DNA from: a virus
Taxonomy: Duplodnaviria > Caudoviricetes
IMG/VR virus record: IMGVR_UViG_3300020045_001526
Location: 1 to 59,105 of that record
Reading direction: 5' to 3' (one strand)
Length of the DNA: 59,105 bases
Position 1 is the first letter of the stretch. Each line of letters starts with the position of its first letter. This document shows, one piece after another, positions 47,189 through 56,067 of this stretch. The translations under genes and the position numbers were made by a program. Under the pieces are notes generated by a model that saw only the letters and a list, made by a program, of their open reading frames with translations, searched no databases and was not told the origin of the DNA.

Positions 47189-47299
47189 ATGACTTTCAAA
47201 CCTTTACTCGCCCATACTATTGACGACACTTCGAAGCTGAAGTATCCGGTGTTGGTGAGTTGCAAACTGGACGGTATCCGTTTTGAAGAGGACAAGTAA
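47189..47299 (+). pseudogene. N-terminal remnant of an ATP-dependent DNA ligase
   Basis: MTFKPLLA...KYPVLVSCKLDGIR contains ligase motif I (KxDGxR), then stops after 36 aa. Confidence 0.7.
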
Positions 47300-48274
47300 A
47301 TGAAACAATCCATTTTCCCCAAGTTTTCCCTTAACCGGGATGACATTCATTGGGAAGACTACCTCAAGGCTTTGACTCCTTGGGAGAATCACCAAGGCAT
47401 TTGGTTCAAACGTGAAGACTTTTTCAGTCCGTTGGGTTACGGTGGTCCGAACGGCTCCAAGTGTCGTCAGCTTATTCACTTGATGAGTAGCACTCGAGCC
47501 GGCAAGACGCACGTACTCTCCGGAGCGAGCGTAAAGTCCCCCCAGCTTTCTATGAGCGCGATTATCGGTAAGCACTACGGACTACCGAGCCGCCTTATCG
47601 TGGGCGCTACGAAACCCGAGACGCTCATGAACCATCCCAACCCTCGTATTGCGGCTGGGTTTGGTGCTAGCTTCGAATACATCAACGTTGCCTACAATCC
47701 AGCGCTGCAGCGCAAGGTAGCCGAGCTGACCAAACCCTCCAGCCTGGTAGTGAAGTACGGTATTACTGTGGAGCACCAAACGTGCTCTGTTGAGGACTTA
47801 CTAGCCTTCCACGCAGTGGGTGCTAATCAAGTTCGAAATATTCCGGAGGAGGTTGAGGTTTTGATCGTTCCTGCCGGTTCGTGCAACTCCCTAGTAAGCG
47901 TGTTGATGGGTCTGAGACATGATCCAAAGAACGTAAGGTTGCTCTATACGCTAGGTATCGGTCCGGACAAGATGGAATGGGTACGTGAGCGTTGCAAAAA
48001 GCTAGGTTTTGATATTGATAACCTTCCGTTCAAGTGGAAGCATCACAGTCTTCACGACACTGGCTTCTCTACTTACCAAGATAACATGCCGGAGACCTTT
48101 GACGGTATTGAATTCCATGGCACTTACGAAGGAAAAATGATTCGCTACCTTAAACAAAACGGGTGGGTTTCCCAAGATGGCTATGTTGGGTTTTGGATCG
48201 TCGGGAGCGAGCCGGACCTGTCGGTCATCGAGCCGTTTTATACTCATCCGGAATACGTCACGGAGGCGGTATGA
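47300..48274 (+). CDS. PLP-dependent (fold type II) enzyme, putative DNA-base decarboxylase of the hypermodification pathway
   Basis: FKRED...GPNGSKCRQ (PLP lysine), SPQ, PAGSCNS and TYEGK motifs; gene context. Confidence 0.8.
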   Translation: MKQSIFPKFSLNRDDIHWEDYLKALTPWENHQGIWFKREDFFSPLGYGGPNGSKCRQLIHLMSSTRAGKTHVLSGASVKSPQLSMSAIIGKHYGLPSRLIVGATKPETLMNHPNPRIAAGFGASFEYINVAYNPALQRKVAELTKPSSLVVKYGITVEHQTCSVEDLLAFHAVGANQVRNIPEEVEVLIVPAGSCNSLVSVLMGLRHDPKNVRLLYTLGIGPDKMEWVRERCKKLGFDIDNLPFKWKHHSLHDTGFSTYQDNMPETFDGIEFHGTYEGKMIRYLKQNGWVSQDGYVGFWIVGSEPDLSVIEPFYTHPEYVTEAV

Positions 48275-48816
48275 GCTACTTGAATCACGATCAAATCGTC
48301 CAGGCTTGCGAAGCTGGAGCGATGGAAAACTGGTCTGCGGATTGTGTCAATGCCGCAAGTCTGGACCTTCGCTTGGGTGAAACTATTTTCATGGAAAATA
48401 CTGAACCTTGTCTTGATTATTTAGATTACCGTGCGCGTGATAAAATGGAAATGTGCAAATGTACCTTTAACAGCAAAGGTATTATTATTCAGCCCGGTCA
48501 GTTCTTCCTAGCTCACACAGTAGAGTATTGTAACTTCCCGGATAACCTCGCTGCTCTGTTCCGTATCAAGTCGAGTATGGGGCGTATTGGGCTGGAGCAC
48601 ATGGATGCCGGGTGGGTAGATCCAGGTTTCCATGGAGCATTGACGCTTGAGTTCAAGAACATGACTCAAAACCACGCTATCCTACTTCGGCCTGGAGACA
48701 AGATTGGACAGCTGATCTTCTTCAGGGGAGACTCGGTGAGCGAAGCTCAGAGCTATCGCACTAAGGGTAACTACAACGGACAATCGGGTGTCATGCAAGC
48801 GGGTTATAAGGAGTAA
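48271..48816 (+). CDS. dcd: dCTP deaminase
   Basis: ASLDLRLG, KSSMGRIGL, AGWVDPGFHG.LTLE, IGQL.F and Y.GQ motifs. Confidence 0.88.
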   Translation: MSYLNHDQIVQACEAGAMENWSADCVNAASLDLRLGETIFMENTEPCLDYLDYRARDKMEMCKCTFNSKGIIIQPGQFFLAHTVEYCNFPDNLAALFRIKSSMGRIGLEHMDAGWVDPGFHGALTLEFKNMTQNHAILLRPGDKIGQLIFFRGDSVSEAQSYRTKGNYNGQSGVMQAGYKE

Positions 48817-48820
48817 CAAC

Positions 48821-49150
48821 ATGACCGACCGAGAATTGCTAGAACTGGCGGCGAAGGCTGCTGGATATGATGTTGCATTCTGGCCTTCACGTAATGATGC
48901 GGGGTTTGAATGTGGATTTTTACATGCTGTGGATGGCGGCATATGGAACCCTCTAACCGACGACGGAGATGCGTTGAGGCTGGCGGTTAAGTTGCAGATG
49001 CAATACAGATTTATAACGACGTACTGCGAAGGTGTTGAGGCATACACTGGATATTCTCAAACGTGCTATGAGAAAATATTAGAAGATCGCGGTCAGTCTT
49101 TGCGCCGCTCCATCGTTCGTGCGGCTGCTGAAATTGGGAAGGGGATGTGA
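48821..49150 (+). CDS. Hypothetical protein
   Basis: MTDRELLELAAKAAG..WNPLTDDGDALRLAV..RAAAEIG family; RBS AAGGAG. Confidence 0.65.
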   Translation: MTDRELLELAAKAAGYDVAFWPSRNDAGFECGFLHAVDGGIWNPLTDDGDALRLAVKLQMQYRFITTYCEGVEAYTGYSQTCYEKILEDRGQSLRRSIVRAAAEIGKGM

Positions 49151-50133
49151 TGGATTATCGACTTAAAGAAAACCGAGAAGCCTACTTTACTCAGCTTTAC
49201 CAGATGAACCTAACCTACGGTATCATGCCGGGATGCGTTTATCTCTACATGCCGGAGTTGGCTAAGAAATATCACTGGGACATGGAACAGAAGCTCTGGT
49301 TCGCGTTCATCAACGGCAACACGCAAAACCCGATTACTTCGATGAGGATCTTCCGCCGGTTCCCTGAGCCTCCGCAAAACAAAGTGGAGCTGCAGGACCT
49401 GACGGATTGGTTCAATGAAGAGTGGGAACGGCTAAGTTTTGATACTGATCGTCGCTACCAGAAGAAAGACTTCCCGGCCGCAGTACAGTCTTACTGTAAA
49501 GCGATGTATGAATTTGGTTCCCAAGAAGTGATGTTGACTGGAACCTTCACGGAACTGTGGGACCGAGTTACTAAGAGCTTCACCAGCTTTGGACGCCTAG
49601 CAACCTTTTCGTACTTGGAATACGTTAAAATAATGGGGGCTGGAGCAGATTGCGACAACCTGTTGTTTGAAGACAAATCCGGTAGCAAGTCTCACCGCAA
49701 TGGGATGTTGTTCCTAATGGGTCACGACGACCTGGTTTGGGACAAGCGTGCTGATAACGGTTTTGACGGTAATTATAACTGGAAGAAGATGGTACCCTGG
49801 CTCAACATGGAAGCGGATAAGTATCTGGCGATGTGTGAGATTACTCACAAAGATGCCGGGTTCTTCACGCTGGAGAGCCAACTGTGTCAGTTCAAGAACG
49901 GTTTCTTCCGTCGCCGCTATCCGGGCGTCTACGCGGATATGGCTTGGGATCGGATCAAGTGGCATGAAGACCGTGATTTGAATGATGTCACCAAGGTGTT
50001 CCGCCAGATACGCGAAGACCACTTACCCGTTTGGCTGCGAGAAGAGTGTGAATCGCCTGTAGTGGATCGTAAAGTCAAAGCTTCACAATTCATGGATACG
50101 GGCGTTCCGTTCCGTGCTGAACATTTTCTTTAG
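49147..50133 (+). CDS. Amino acid:DNA transferase (aGPT-Pplase2 family)
   Basis: DYRL.ENR, TDRRYQK, HhH-like FGRLATFSYLE, SHRNG and ESQLCQFK..RRYPG.Y motifs; context with kinase and TS homologue. Confidence 0.8.
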   Translation: MMDYRLKENREAYFTQLYQMNLTYGIMPGCVYLYMPELAKKYHWDMEQKLWFAFINGNTQNPITSMRIFRRFPEPPQNKVELQDLTDWFNEEWERLSFDTDRRYQKKDFPAAVQSYCKAMYEFGSQEVMLTGTFTELWDRVTKSFTSFGRLATFSYLEYVKIMGAGADCDNLLFEDKSGSKSHRNGMLFLMGHDDLVWDKRADNGFDGNYNWKKMVPWLNMEADKYLAMCEITHKDAGFFTLESQLCQFKNGFFRRRYPGVYADMAWDRIKWHEDRDLNDVTKVFRQIREDHLPVWLREECESPVVDRKVKASQFMDTGVPFRAEHFL

Positions 50134-50299
50134 GAGGATCAAATGGATGATTCGTATTATGGTAAAGGCCGGTGGTCTGGTGGGAGATATTCAATTTATT
50201 CGCATATAAATGATTATGTTCCCATTGGTCCTACCGTAGCAATTTTAGCGGTTATCGCTATTTTAGTTACCGTGATTAAATGTTCTTAGGAGAATACAT

Positions 50300-50878
50300 A
50301 TGAGTAAAAAGATTGTTTCTTTGCGCGGCACGTCCGGTTCAGGTAAATCCACGGTAGCGTTTACCTTCTTGAAGAATTATCCCAATAGCGAGTTGATTGG
50401 AAGCGATAACAAAATAAAAGGATATCGCATTGACGTTCCTGAACTCAAGAATCCAATTTACCTGTTGGGTAAGTATACTACTGTCTGCGGAGGATGTGAC
50501 CAAATTAATCGACAACAAGAGGCCGCTGATCGCGCCGTTCATTATCACCAAGACGGTCACGTGTTGATGGAAGGTCTTCTTGCCTCGGCGGCAGGACCAG
50601 CCGGTGCCGTTACTATGACGATCCAAGCCACCGGAGAGGCCGTTTTCGCCATCCTTACGACACCCGTTGAGCTTTGCATTGAGCGCGTCAAAGCCCGGCG
50701 TCTAGCGCGGGGAGACGAGCGCCCTCTCAACGAGAAAAACACTCGCGATAAGTGGACGCAAACTCGTAGCACGGCCAGCGCCCTGTTCAAACTCGGCTAC
50801 GACGTCCGCCCTATCAATCACGAAAACGCGTTTGAAGACGTACTCGCCATCTTCCAGGAAGCTGAATCAAATGACTAA
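50300..50878 (+). CDS. 5hmdU DNA kinase (P-loop, 5-HMUDK)
   Basis: LRGTSGSGKST, LGKY...CGGCD, EGLL and C.ERV.ARR motifs. Confidence 0.82.
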   Translation: MSKKIVSLRGTSGSGKSTVAFTFLKNYPNSELIGSDNKIKGYRIDVPELKNPIYLLGKYTTVCGGCDQINRQQEAADRAVHYHQDGHVLMEGLLASAAGPAGAVTMTIQATGEAVFAILTTPVELCIERVKARRLARGDERPLNEKNTRDKWTQTRSTASALFKLGYDVRPINHENAFEDVLAIFQEAESND

Positions 50879-51773
50879 TCCATTTGAGCGTCCGCTAGCC
50901 TACGCTCCTAAAATGGAAGACATCCTATATTGGGTGTGGGAGCGCGAGGCTATCCGAGTGTCCAAAGGTTTGAACTTACCGAAGCCTTGGACCGAAGATC
51001 CTATCCTTCATAAGTATCGTTTCTGCAACGTCCGTCGCCGGGACGATCGAATGAGTCAATGGATGATGTCTAACATGTTCCAGCACGTCGCCCATGGTGA
51101 AGAGGACATGTGGTTTATTGCCGCGATAGCTCGATATATCAACTGGCCACCTACGCTGACCGAGCTATTGGTAGAAGGGATGATTCCCGGGTTTGCAGAA
51201 GAGTTTGATCCCCACGGTTTTGTAGAGGTGCTTGACCGAGTAAAATCTACCGAGGTAAAGACCTACGGAAGCGCCTATATGCTCTACCCAGGCCGAGAAA
51301 CTGGCTCTAACAAAGCTGAGACGATCGCTTATCGCTTCCTGCTGCCGTTGGTAGAGGGTCGTAAAGAGATACGAGAGGCGGTGGCTTCTAAGAGTGTCGA
51401 GGCGGTGGTAACCGAGCTTAGTAGGTATTACGGGTGGAACACTTTCTTAGCAGGGCAGGTGGCGGCAGATCTTTCATATTATCCTGAAGAGTTGGGAGAA
51501 GCGGAAGACCTATACGACTGGGCGCCGATGGGTCCAGGGTCTACTCGAGGACTCAATCGCCTACTTGGTCGTAAGATCAACGCGCATTGGCATCAAACCG
51601 AGTTTAATACGGAATTGAAGAAAGTGTGGACCGATATCGCCCATCAGCTCGATATAGATGAATTCACCTTACACGACGCCCAAAACTGCATGTGCGAACT
51701 TGATAAAATGTGGAGGGTTTTGGCAGGCGAAGGTGCTCCCCGTTCTTTGTACAAATCTGAAACCGCGTATTAG
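50871..51773 (+). CDS. aGPT-Pplase1 / 5hmdU-kinase-associated helical-domain protein
   Basis: ERE.IR....PWTEDPIL..YRFCNV.R.DDR, F.A.QV.AD, GPGS.RGL and CELDK motifs. Confidence 0.8.
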   Translation: MTNPFERPLAYAPKMEDILYWVWEREAIRVSKGLNLPKPWTEDPILHKYRFCNVRRRDDRMSQWMMSNMFQHVAHGEEDMWFIAAIARYINWPPTLTELLVEGMIPGFAEEFDPHGFVEVLDRVKSTEVKTYGSAYMLYPGRETGSNKAETIAYRFLLPLVEGRKEIREAVASKSVEAVVTELSRYYGWNTFLAGQVAADLSYYPEELGEAEDLYDWAPMGPGSTRGLNRLLGRKINAHWHQTEFNTELKKVWTDIAHQLDIDEFTLHDAQNCMCELDKMWRVLAGEGAPRSLYKSETAY

Positions 51774-51951
51774 GAGAATAGTATGTCTCTAACTATATTG
51801 ATTATAACTTACTTAATCGGTATTCCTATTGTTACTTTATCTCTCATGGATTACGTAACTGTTAAGGAATTGATATGTAGTTTTATAGCGGCACTATTTT
51901 GGCCTATACTATTACCTGTTAATTTTATCCGAAAACTCATAAGGAGATAAT

Positions 51952-52938
51952 ATGGAACTAACTGTCCGCAATGCTAATGATCTATTCAGTGAAGGACTTT
52001 GGAGGCTGAAGGGGTGTGGGGTAAAATCCGACTCAAGAAACGGAGCGGTTATACGTATAGAAGAGCCGGTTATTATTACCGTAGAAAGGCCTCAGGAGCG
52101 AGTGCTTTTCTTTGAAGGTAGAGATTGCAACCCTATATTCCATATTATGGAATCGATTTGGATTTTATCGGGCAGGAGGGATGTGTCTTTTCTTAAACTA
52201 TTTAACCGTAACATTGATCAGTTCTCCGATGATGGTTATGTATTCAATGCGGCCTACGGCTTCAGAATGCGTAATCATTTCGGACGAGACCAGCTGGTAG
52301 AAGTAATTAACATACTGAAGTCTGACCCATGTAGCCGGCAAGCTGTTATACAGCTTTGGGACTCCGAAGACTTAACAAAGAAAACCCTCGACAAATGTTG
52401 CAATACTCAATTGGTATTTGATATAGTATCAAACCGAGTTAATCTTACAGTTTTTAACAGAAGTAATGATTTCTGGTGGGGGAATGCAGGTAGTAATATA
52501 GTTCACTTCAGCTTTTTGCTTGAATTTGTAGCGGCGGCACTAAGACGACCCGTCGGTAAAATGAGAACCATGATAAACAACTTACATATTTATGACAAGT
52601 CCGTATATGACGCGGCTAAACATCTAGATGCTCCTCCAGATCCATACGAATATGACGCTTATCAACATGGTGTTACCCCCGCGTCAATGCTCACAGATGG
52701 AGCTTCTTGGTCCACTTGGCTTCGCGACGCGGAGGATTATTGCGTTGCGCCGTTTGAGCCTTTGAAATCGGTACATCCCTTCTTCAACGAAGTGGCTTAC
52801 CCTATGGCGATGGTGTCCAAGACGCGTAAAGAGAAGTCCGGAACCGGAGAAGCCTGGGCGATACGTATTCAAGCTGAAGATTGGAAGATAGCCACTCTCG
52901 ACTGGATTCATCGTCGAGAGGAAGCAAAAGTCAAATAG
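51952..52938 (+). CDS. Thymidylate synthase homologue, probable dUMP hydroxymethylase
   Basis: SRNG, AYG.R, SRQAV..LWD, DKCCN, RSND.WWG..GSN (Asn at the dU-specificity position) and NLHIY motifs. Confidence 0.85.
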   Translation: MELTVRNANDLFSEGLWRLKGCGVKSDSRNGAVIRIEEPVIITVERPQERVLFFEGRDCNPIFHIMESIWILSGRRDVSFLKLFNRNIDQFSDDGYVFNAAYGFRMRNHFGRDQLVEVINILKSDPCSRQAVIQLWDSEDLTKKTLDKCCNTQLVFDIVSNRVNLTVFNRSNDFWWGNAGSNIVHFSFLLEFVAAALRRPVGKMRTMINNLHIYDKSVYDAAKHLDAPPDPYEYDAYQHGVTPASMLTDGASWSTWLRDAEDYCVAPFEPLKSVHPFFNEVAYPMAMVSKTRKEKSGTGEAWAIRIQAEDWKIATLDWIHRREEAKVK

Positions 52939-52939
52939 C

Positions 52940-52975
52940 TTTACTTTTAAGAAACCCCCAGCTATAATGGGGGCA
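52940..52975 (+). promoter_or_regulatory. Promoter TTTACT-N17-TATAAT-GGGGGCA
   Basis: Third plus-strand copy; CCCCCA in the spacer is inverted relative to TGGGGG. Confidence 0.8.
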
Positions 52976-53032
52976 CTTGCTAGAGCAAGAGAAGATAAAT
53001 CAGCATCCTCTAACCTATAACAGGAGATAGAC

Positions 53033-53803
53033 ATGAACAAATATGAATTTACCAACGAGACGAAAGTACAATTCGGAGTAACCTTTCGCAGGATTCGAGC
53101 ACTTATTGAGATCGCTGGTGTTGTTTCAGCTGGTGAAGTTGGTGGTTGGGTTGAAGCCGAAAAGTGCCTTTCACAAACTGGCAACGCTTGGGTCTATGGC
53201 AACGCTCTGGTCTATGGCAACGCTCTGGTCTCTGGCAACGCTCAAGTCTATGATGACGCTCTGGTCTATGGCAACGCTCTGATCTCTGGCAACGCTCTGG
53301 TCTCTGGCAACGCTCAAGTCTATGATGACGCTCTGGTCTATGGCAACGCTCTGATCTCTGGCAACGCTCTGGTCTCTGGCAACGCTCAAGTCTATGGCGA
53401 CGCTCTGGTCTATGGCAACGCTTGGGTCTATGGTAACGCTCGGGTCTCTGGCGACGCTCTGGTCTATGGCAACGCTCGGGTCTATGGTGACGCTCTGGTC
53501 TATGGCAACGCTTGGGTCTATGGTAACGCTCGGGTCTATGGTGACGCTCTGGTCTATGGCAACGCTCATATATTGTCGCAAGAATCAATTTGCACTTTTT
53601 CCGGCTTCGGCTCTGAATATAGGACGACTACGGCCTTCACGGATTCCAAACTCGGTATTCGTATTGTCTGTGGGTGTTTCACAGGGACCCTTAAGCAATT
53701 CCGAACGAAAGTTATTGAAACATACGGGGAAAACAGCAAGAATGGAAAGCTCTACCTAGGAATGGCTAATATGATTGAATATCGCTTGGAAGAAGAGAAA
53801 TGA
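53033..53803 (+). CDS. Hexapeptide-repeat (left-handed beta-helix) protein
   Basis: RIRAL...GG.VE.EK.LSQ.GNAW start, about 21 G[ND]AxV[YS] repeats, RTTT.F..CGCF end. Confidence 0.8.
   Translation: MNKYEFTNETKVQFGVTFRRIRALIEIAGVVSAGEVGGWVEAEKCLSQTGNAWVYGNALVYGNALVSGNAQVYDDALVYGNALISGNALVSGNAQVYDDALVYGNALISGNALVSGNAQVYGDALVYGNAWVYGNARVSGDALVYGNARVYGDALVYGNAWVYGNARVYGDALVYGNAHILSQESICTFSGFGSEYRTTTAFTDSKLGIRIVCGCFTGTLKQFRTKVIETYGENSKNGKLYLGMANMIEYRLEEEK
53180..53568 (+). repeat. 18-bp tandem repeat array (GGCAACGCTCTGGTCTAT-like)
   Basis: Visible directly; includes a 72-bp higher-order duplication. Confidence 0.9.
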
Positions 53804-54300
53804 ATAGCCGATTGAATTTCATCATTTCAGGTAGCGAAGTCACTCGCTATCACACTGTTCGCACCCTGACCGAAGAGACAGTAGGTCACCATTCGCACAT
53901 GGTCGCTATGTTGTGTGTTGTACTCTGGGAAGAGGGATATCCCAGTAGTGCGTTGTTGATTGGCGCTTTGGTGCATGACCTGGCAGAGCATCAAACTGGT
54001 GACATTCCGTCTCCCGCGAAACGCGAGTACGGTATTGGCGAACAGGTGTCAGAACTGGAAGAAAGACTACTGAGAAGTGCGTGTTTGGACGTAGAACTGT
54101 CCAAAAAGGAAGCTCGTACCCTGAAAATGGCGGATCTAGCCCAAGGTGCGCTATTTTGCGTGCGGGAACTTCAGTTAGGTAACCAGCTCGCTTCTGTGGT
54201 ATACGATCGCTACCTGTCTTACGCCGAAAGTATGGTGCTAGTAGGTCGTGAGCGAGAGCTGTTCAACACTATTCACCAAATGAGGAAGGAAGTGAAATGA
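53800..54300 (+). CDS. HD-domain phosphohydrolase (YfbR-like 5'-deoxynucleotidase)
   Basis: RYHT...ETVGHHS, LVHDLAE..TGDIPSP.K and KMAD motifs. Confidence 0.85.
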   Translation: MNSRLNFIISGSEVTRYHTVRTLTEETVGHHSHMVAMLCVVLWEEGYPSSALLIGALVHDLAEHQTGDIPSPAKREYGIGEQVSELEERLLRSACLDVELSKKEARTLKMADLAQGALFCVRELQLGNQLASVVYDRYLSYAESMVLVGRERELFNTIHQMRKEVK

Positions 54301-54794
54301 AAAAAGAACTGATCGAACGGATTGCGATGGAAGTTTTGGACAGCTTCAAGTCGGAAGCTAACGACCCGAATCAAACCGACCGCGAGTCCGTAACTGAATT
54401 CGCCGCTCGCTTCCTCGCACGCATCGACGCCGAGCGGGGGAAGGAGGCGGTTGCGATACGCACATTTGATGGAGAAGGCGGTTACGACTATCGCGGAACG
54501 GATGGCGACGACACATATATCGCCGACTTCGATGCCAGAAATCCGAATCATGTCGGATGGGCCGAACCGCTCTTTCTCTCCCAGACGATCCCGGAAGGCA
54601 TGGCGCTGGTGCGAGTTTACCAACTGGAACATGCCGGCCGGCAAGCAAAGATCGCCGCTGATTGTATCGTCGGATTCTCGAAAGCTAAGCCGGGAGGGAT
54701 GTGTGGCTGGCTTGATGACGCCTGCACTGCCGCCGATATTGCAGCTTCCGACATACGCGCCATGCTCGCCGCCGCCCAAGGAGAACGCAAATGA
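54297..54794 (+). CDS. Hypothetical protein, paralogue of 4416..4805
   Basis: Shared blocks with 4416..4805. Confidence 0.7.
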   Translation: MKKELIERIAMEVLDSFKSEANDPNQTDRESVTEFAARFLARIDAERGKEAVAIRTFDGEGGYDYRGTDGDDTYIADFDARNPNHVGWAEPLFLSQTIPEGMALVRVYQLEHAGRQAKIAADCIVGFSKAKPGGMCGWLDDACTAADIAASDIRAMLAAAQGERK

Positions 54795-54982
54795 GCTGCC
54801 AATGTCGTTTGTGTGGGAAAGGGGCGCAGGAGATTGGCGGATACCTAACCCGCGTCAATGAAAAAGGTGTTGAGGGGATTTGGGAGTGTCGCCCTAGCTG
54901 TGATGCCGATCAATCTTTTGAGCAAAACCTACTGGAAGCGCTTGAAACTCCGGAAAGCCAAGGAGAACGCAATGCTGACTGA
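54791..54982 (+). CDS. Small Cys-rich protein between CCAAGGAGAACGCAA repeats
   Basis: CRLC..C..C; ends QGERNAD. Confidence 0.6.
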   Translation: MSCQCRLCGKGAQEIGGYLTRVNEKGVEGIWECRPSCDADQSFEQNLLEALETPESQGERNAD

Positions 54983-56066
54983 AAGTGATGTTTGGAAATC
55001 TAACGGAATTATGGCTGCTAATTGCGAAGCTGAACTTGAAATGTCTGTGCTGATGAAGCTGGTTCGCGCCATCGAGGCCGAGGTCGCAGCGCGGGCGGGG
55101 CAGGAGCCGTTCGCGGTAACCACTGGATACTACGGTGGTCGCGCAGTTATAGAGCCTATAAATAGAGCAATGGTGATCCCTGTTAATTTGGCGCTTTACA
55201 CCACCCCGGTCGCCTGCCCGAAGTGCGGAGATGCCGAGCAAATGTACTACCGAGATATGACTGAGCGCACGGAAGAATGCGTGAAGCTACAAGCCAAGGT
55301 CGCCGAGCTTGAAGCGAAATTGCTTGATCGAGAAGGGATGGTATGTGGCGATTGCGACGATACCGGCTGGCTTGAGAACCGAGAGGAAGGCCGATACCCA
55401 TGTACCTGCATGACCGAGGCCGAGCCTTACCAGTTGCTGCAAGCCAAGGTCGCAGAGGCTGCCCGAGACAACGGCCTTCTGCGCCTGAGGGTAGAGCAGC
55501 GGCGCGAGCAACTTACCAGCGCTGAATCTGCTTTGAGCGAGCGGGATGCCAGGGTCGAAGAGCAGAGCGAGGAGATTGAGCGGCTGACCAATAGGCTGAA
55601 TACTGACTCTCAGGAATTCACAATTATTTGCTCGAAGGAAACGGAAACGCTACTACGCGCTACCATCACGCAGCAGGCCGAGCGCATCGCAGAGCTTGAA
55701 CAAGCGTACAAAGATAAGGATACCGCAGCGACACAGCTAGTTACCGCTATGCGAGACATGGCAACGAAGGTCGCCGAGCTTAATGAAGAGCGTCAAGAAT
55801 TCCTCTCAACGGTCAATAAAATCGGCATGGCGGTTGGTTATGACTTCAGTGGCGGGTTGGCTGACCTTGTTGTCACGCGGCTGACCAATCAATCTTCGCT
55901 GATCGAGAAGTGCGAGAAGGCGCTAAAGGCAATCATTGCGGCATGGGAAAGCTTACCAGAGGGTAAACATGATGCCAGACGTGTTGGGGAGTGGCTGGCC
56001 GGGCCAATGATGCGCGCTATTCGTCAGTGTCGTGAATCTGTATCCGATCACAAAGAAAGGATTTAG
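54972..56066 (+). CDS. Coiled-coil hypothetical protein, paralogue of 4950..5471
   Basis: 64-bp identity block with 5266-5329; repeated LQAKVAE; CxxC motifs. Confidence 0.7.
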   Translation: MLTESDVWKSNGIMAANCEAELEMSVLMKLVRAIEAEVAARAGQEPFAVTTGYYGGRAVIEPINRAMVIPVNLALYTTPVACPKCGDAEQMYYRDMTERTEECVKLQAKVAELEAKLLDREGMVCGDCDDTGWLENREEGRYPCTCMTEAEPYQLLQAKVAEAARDNGLLRLRVEQRREQLTSAESALSERDARVEEQSEEIERLTNRLNTDSQEFTIICSKETETLLRATITQQAERIAELEQAYKDKDTAATQLVTAMRDMATKVAELNEERQEFLSTVNKIGMAVGYDFSGGLADLVVTRLTNQSSLIEKCEKALKAIIAAWESLPEGKHDARRVGEWLAGPMMRAIRQCRESVSDHKERI

Positions 56067-56067
56067 T

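Noticed and set aside
51952-52938. dCMP hydroxymethylase or ordinary thyA
   Set aside because: It has Asn rather than Asp at the specificity position after RSND, and its neighbours are the 5hmdU kinase and transferases
53180-53568. CRISPR array or DGR repeat
   Set aside because: The units are contiguous in-frame 18-mers without unique spacers, and no reverse transcriptase was recognised
53103-53759. Repetitive alternative-frame ORFs (RPERCH, VAIDQS, MATLWS)
   Set aside because: By-products of the 18-bp repeat lacking stop codons in other frames
53800-54300. DatZ of a 2-aminoadenine (Z-genome) pathway
   Set aside because: No purZ/purA-like gene is present; the context is 5hmdU modification
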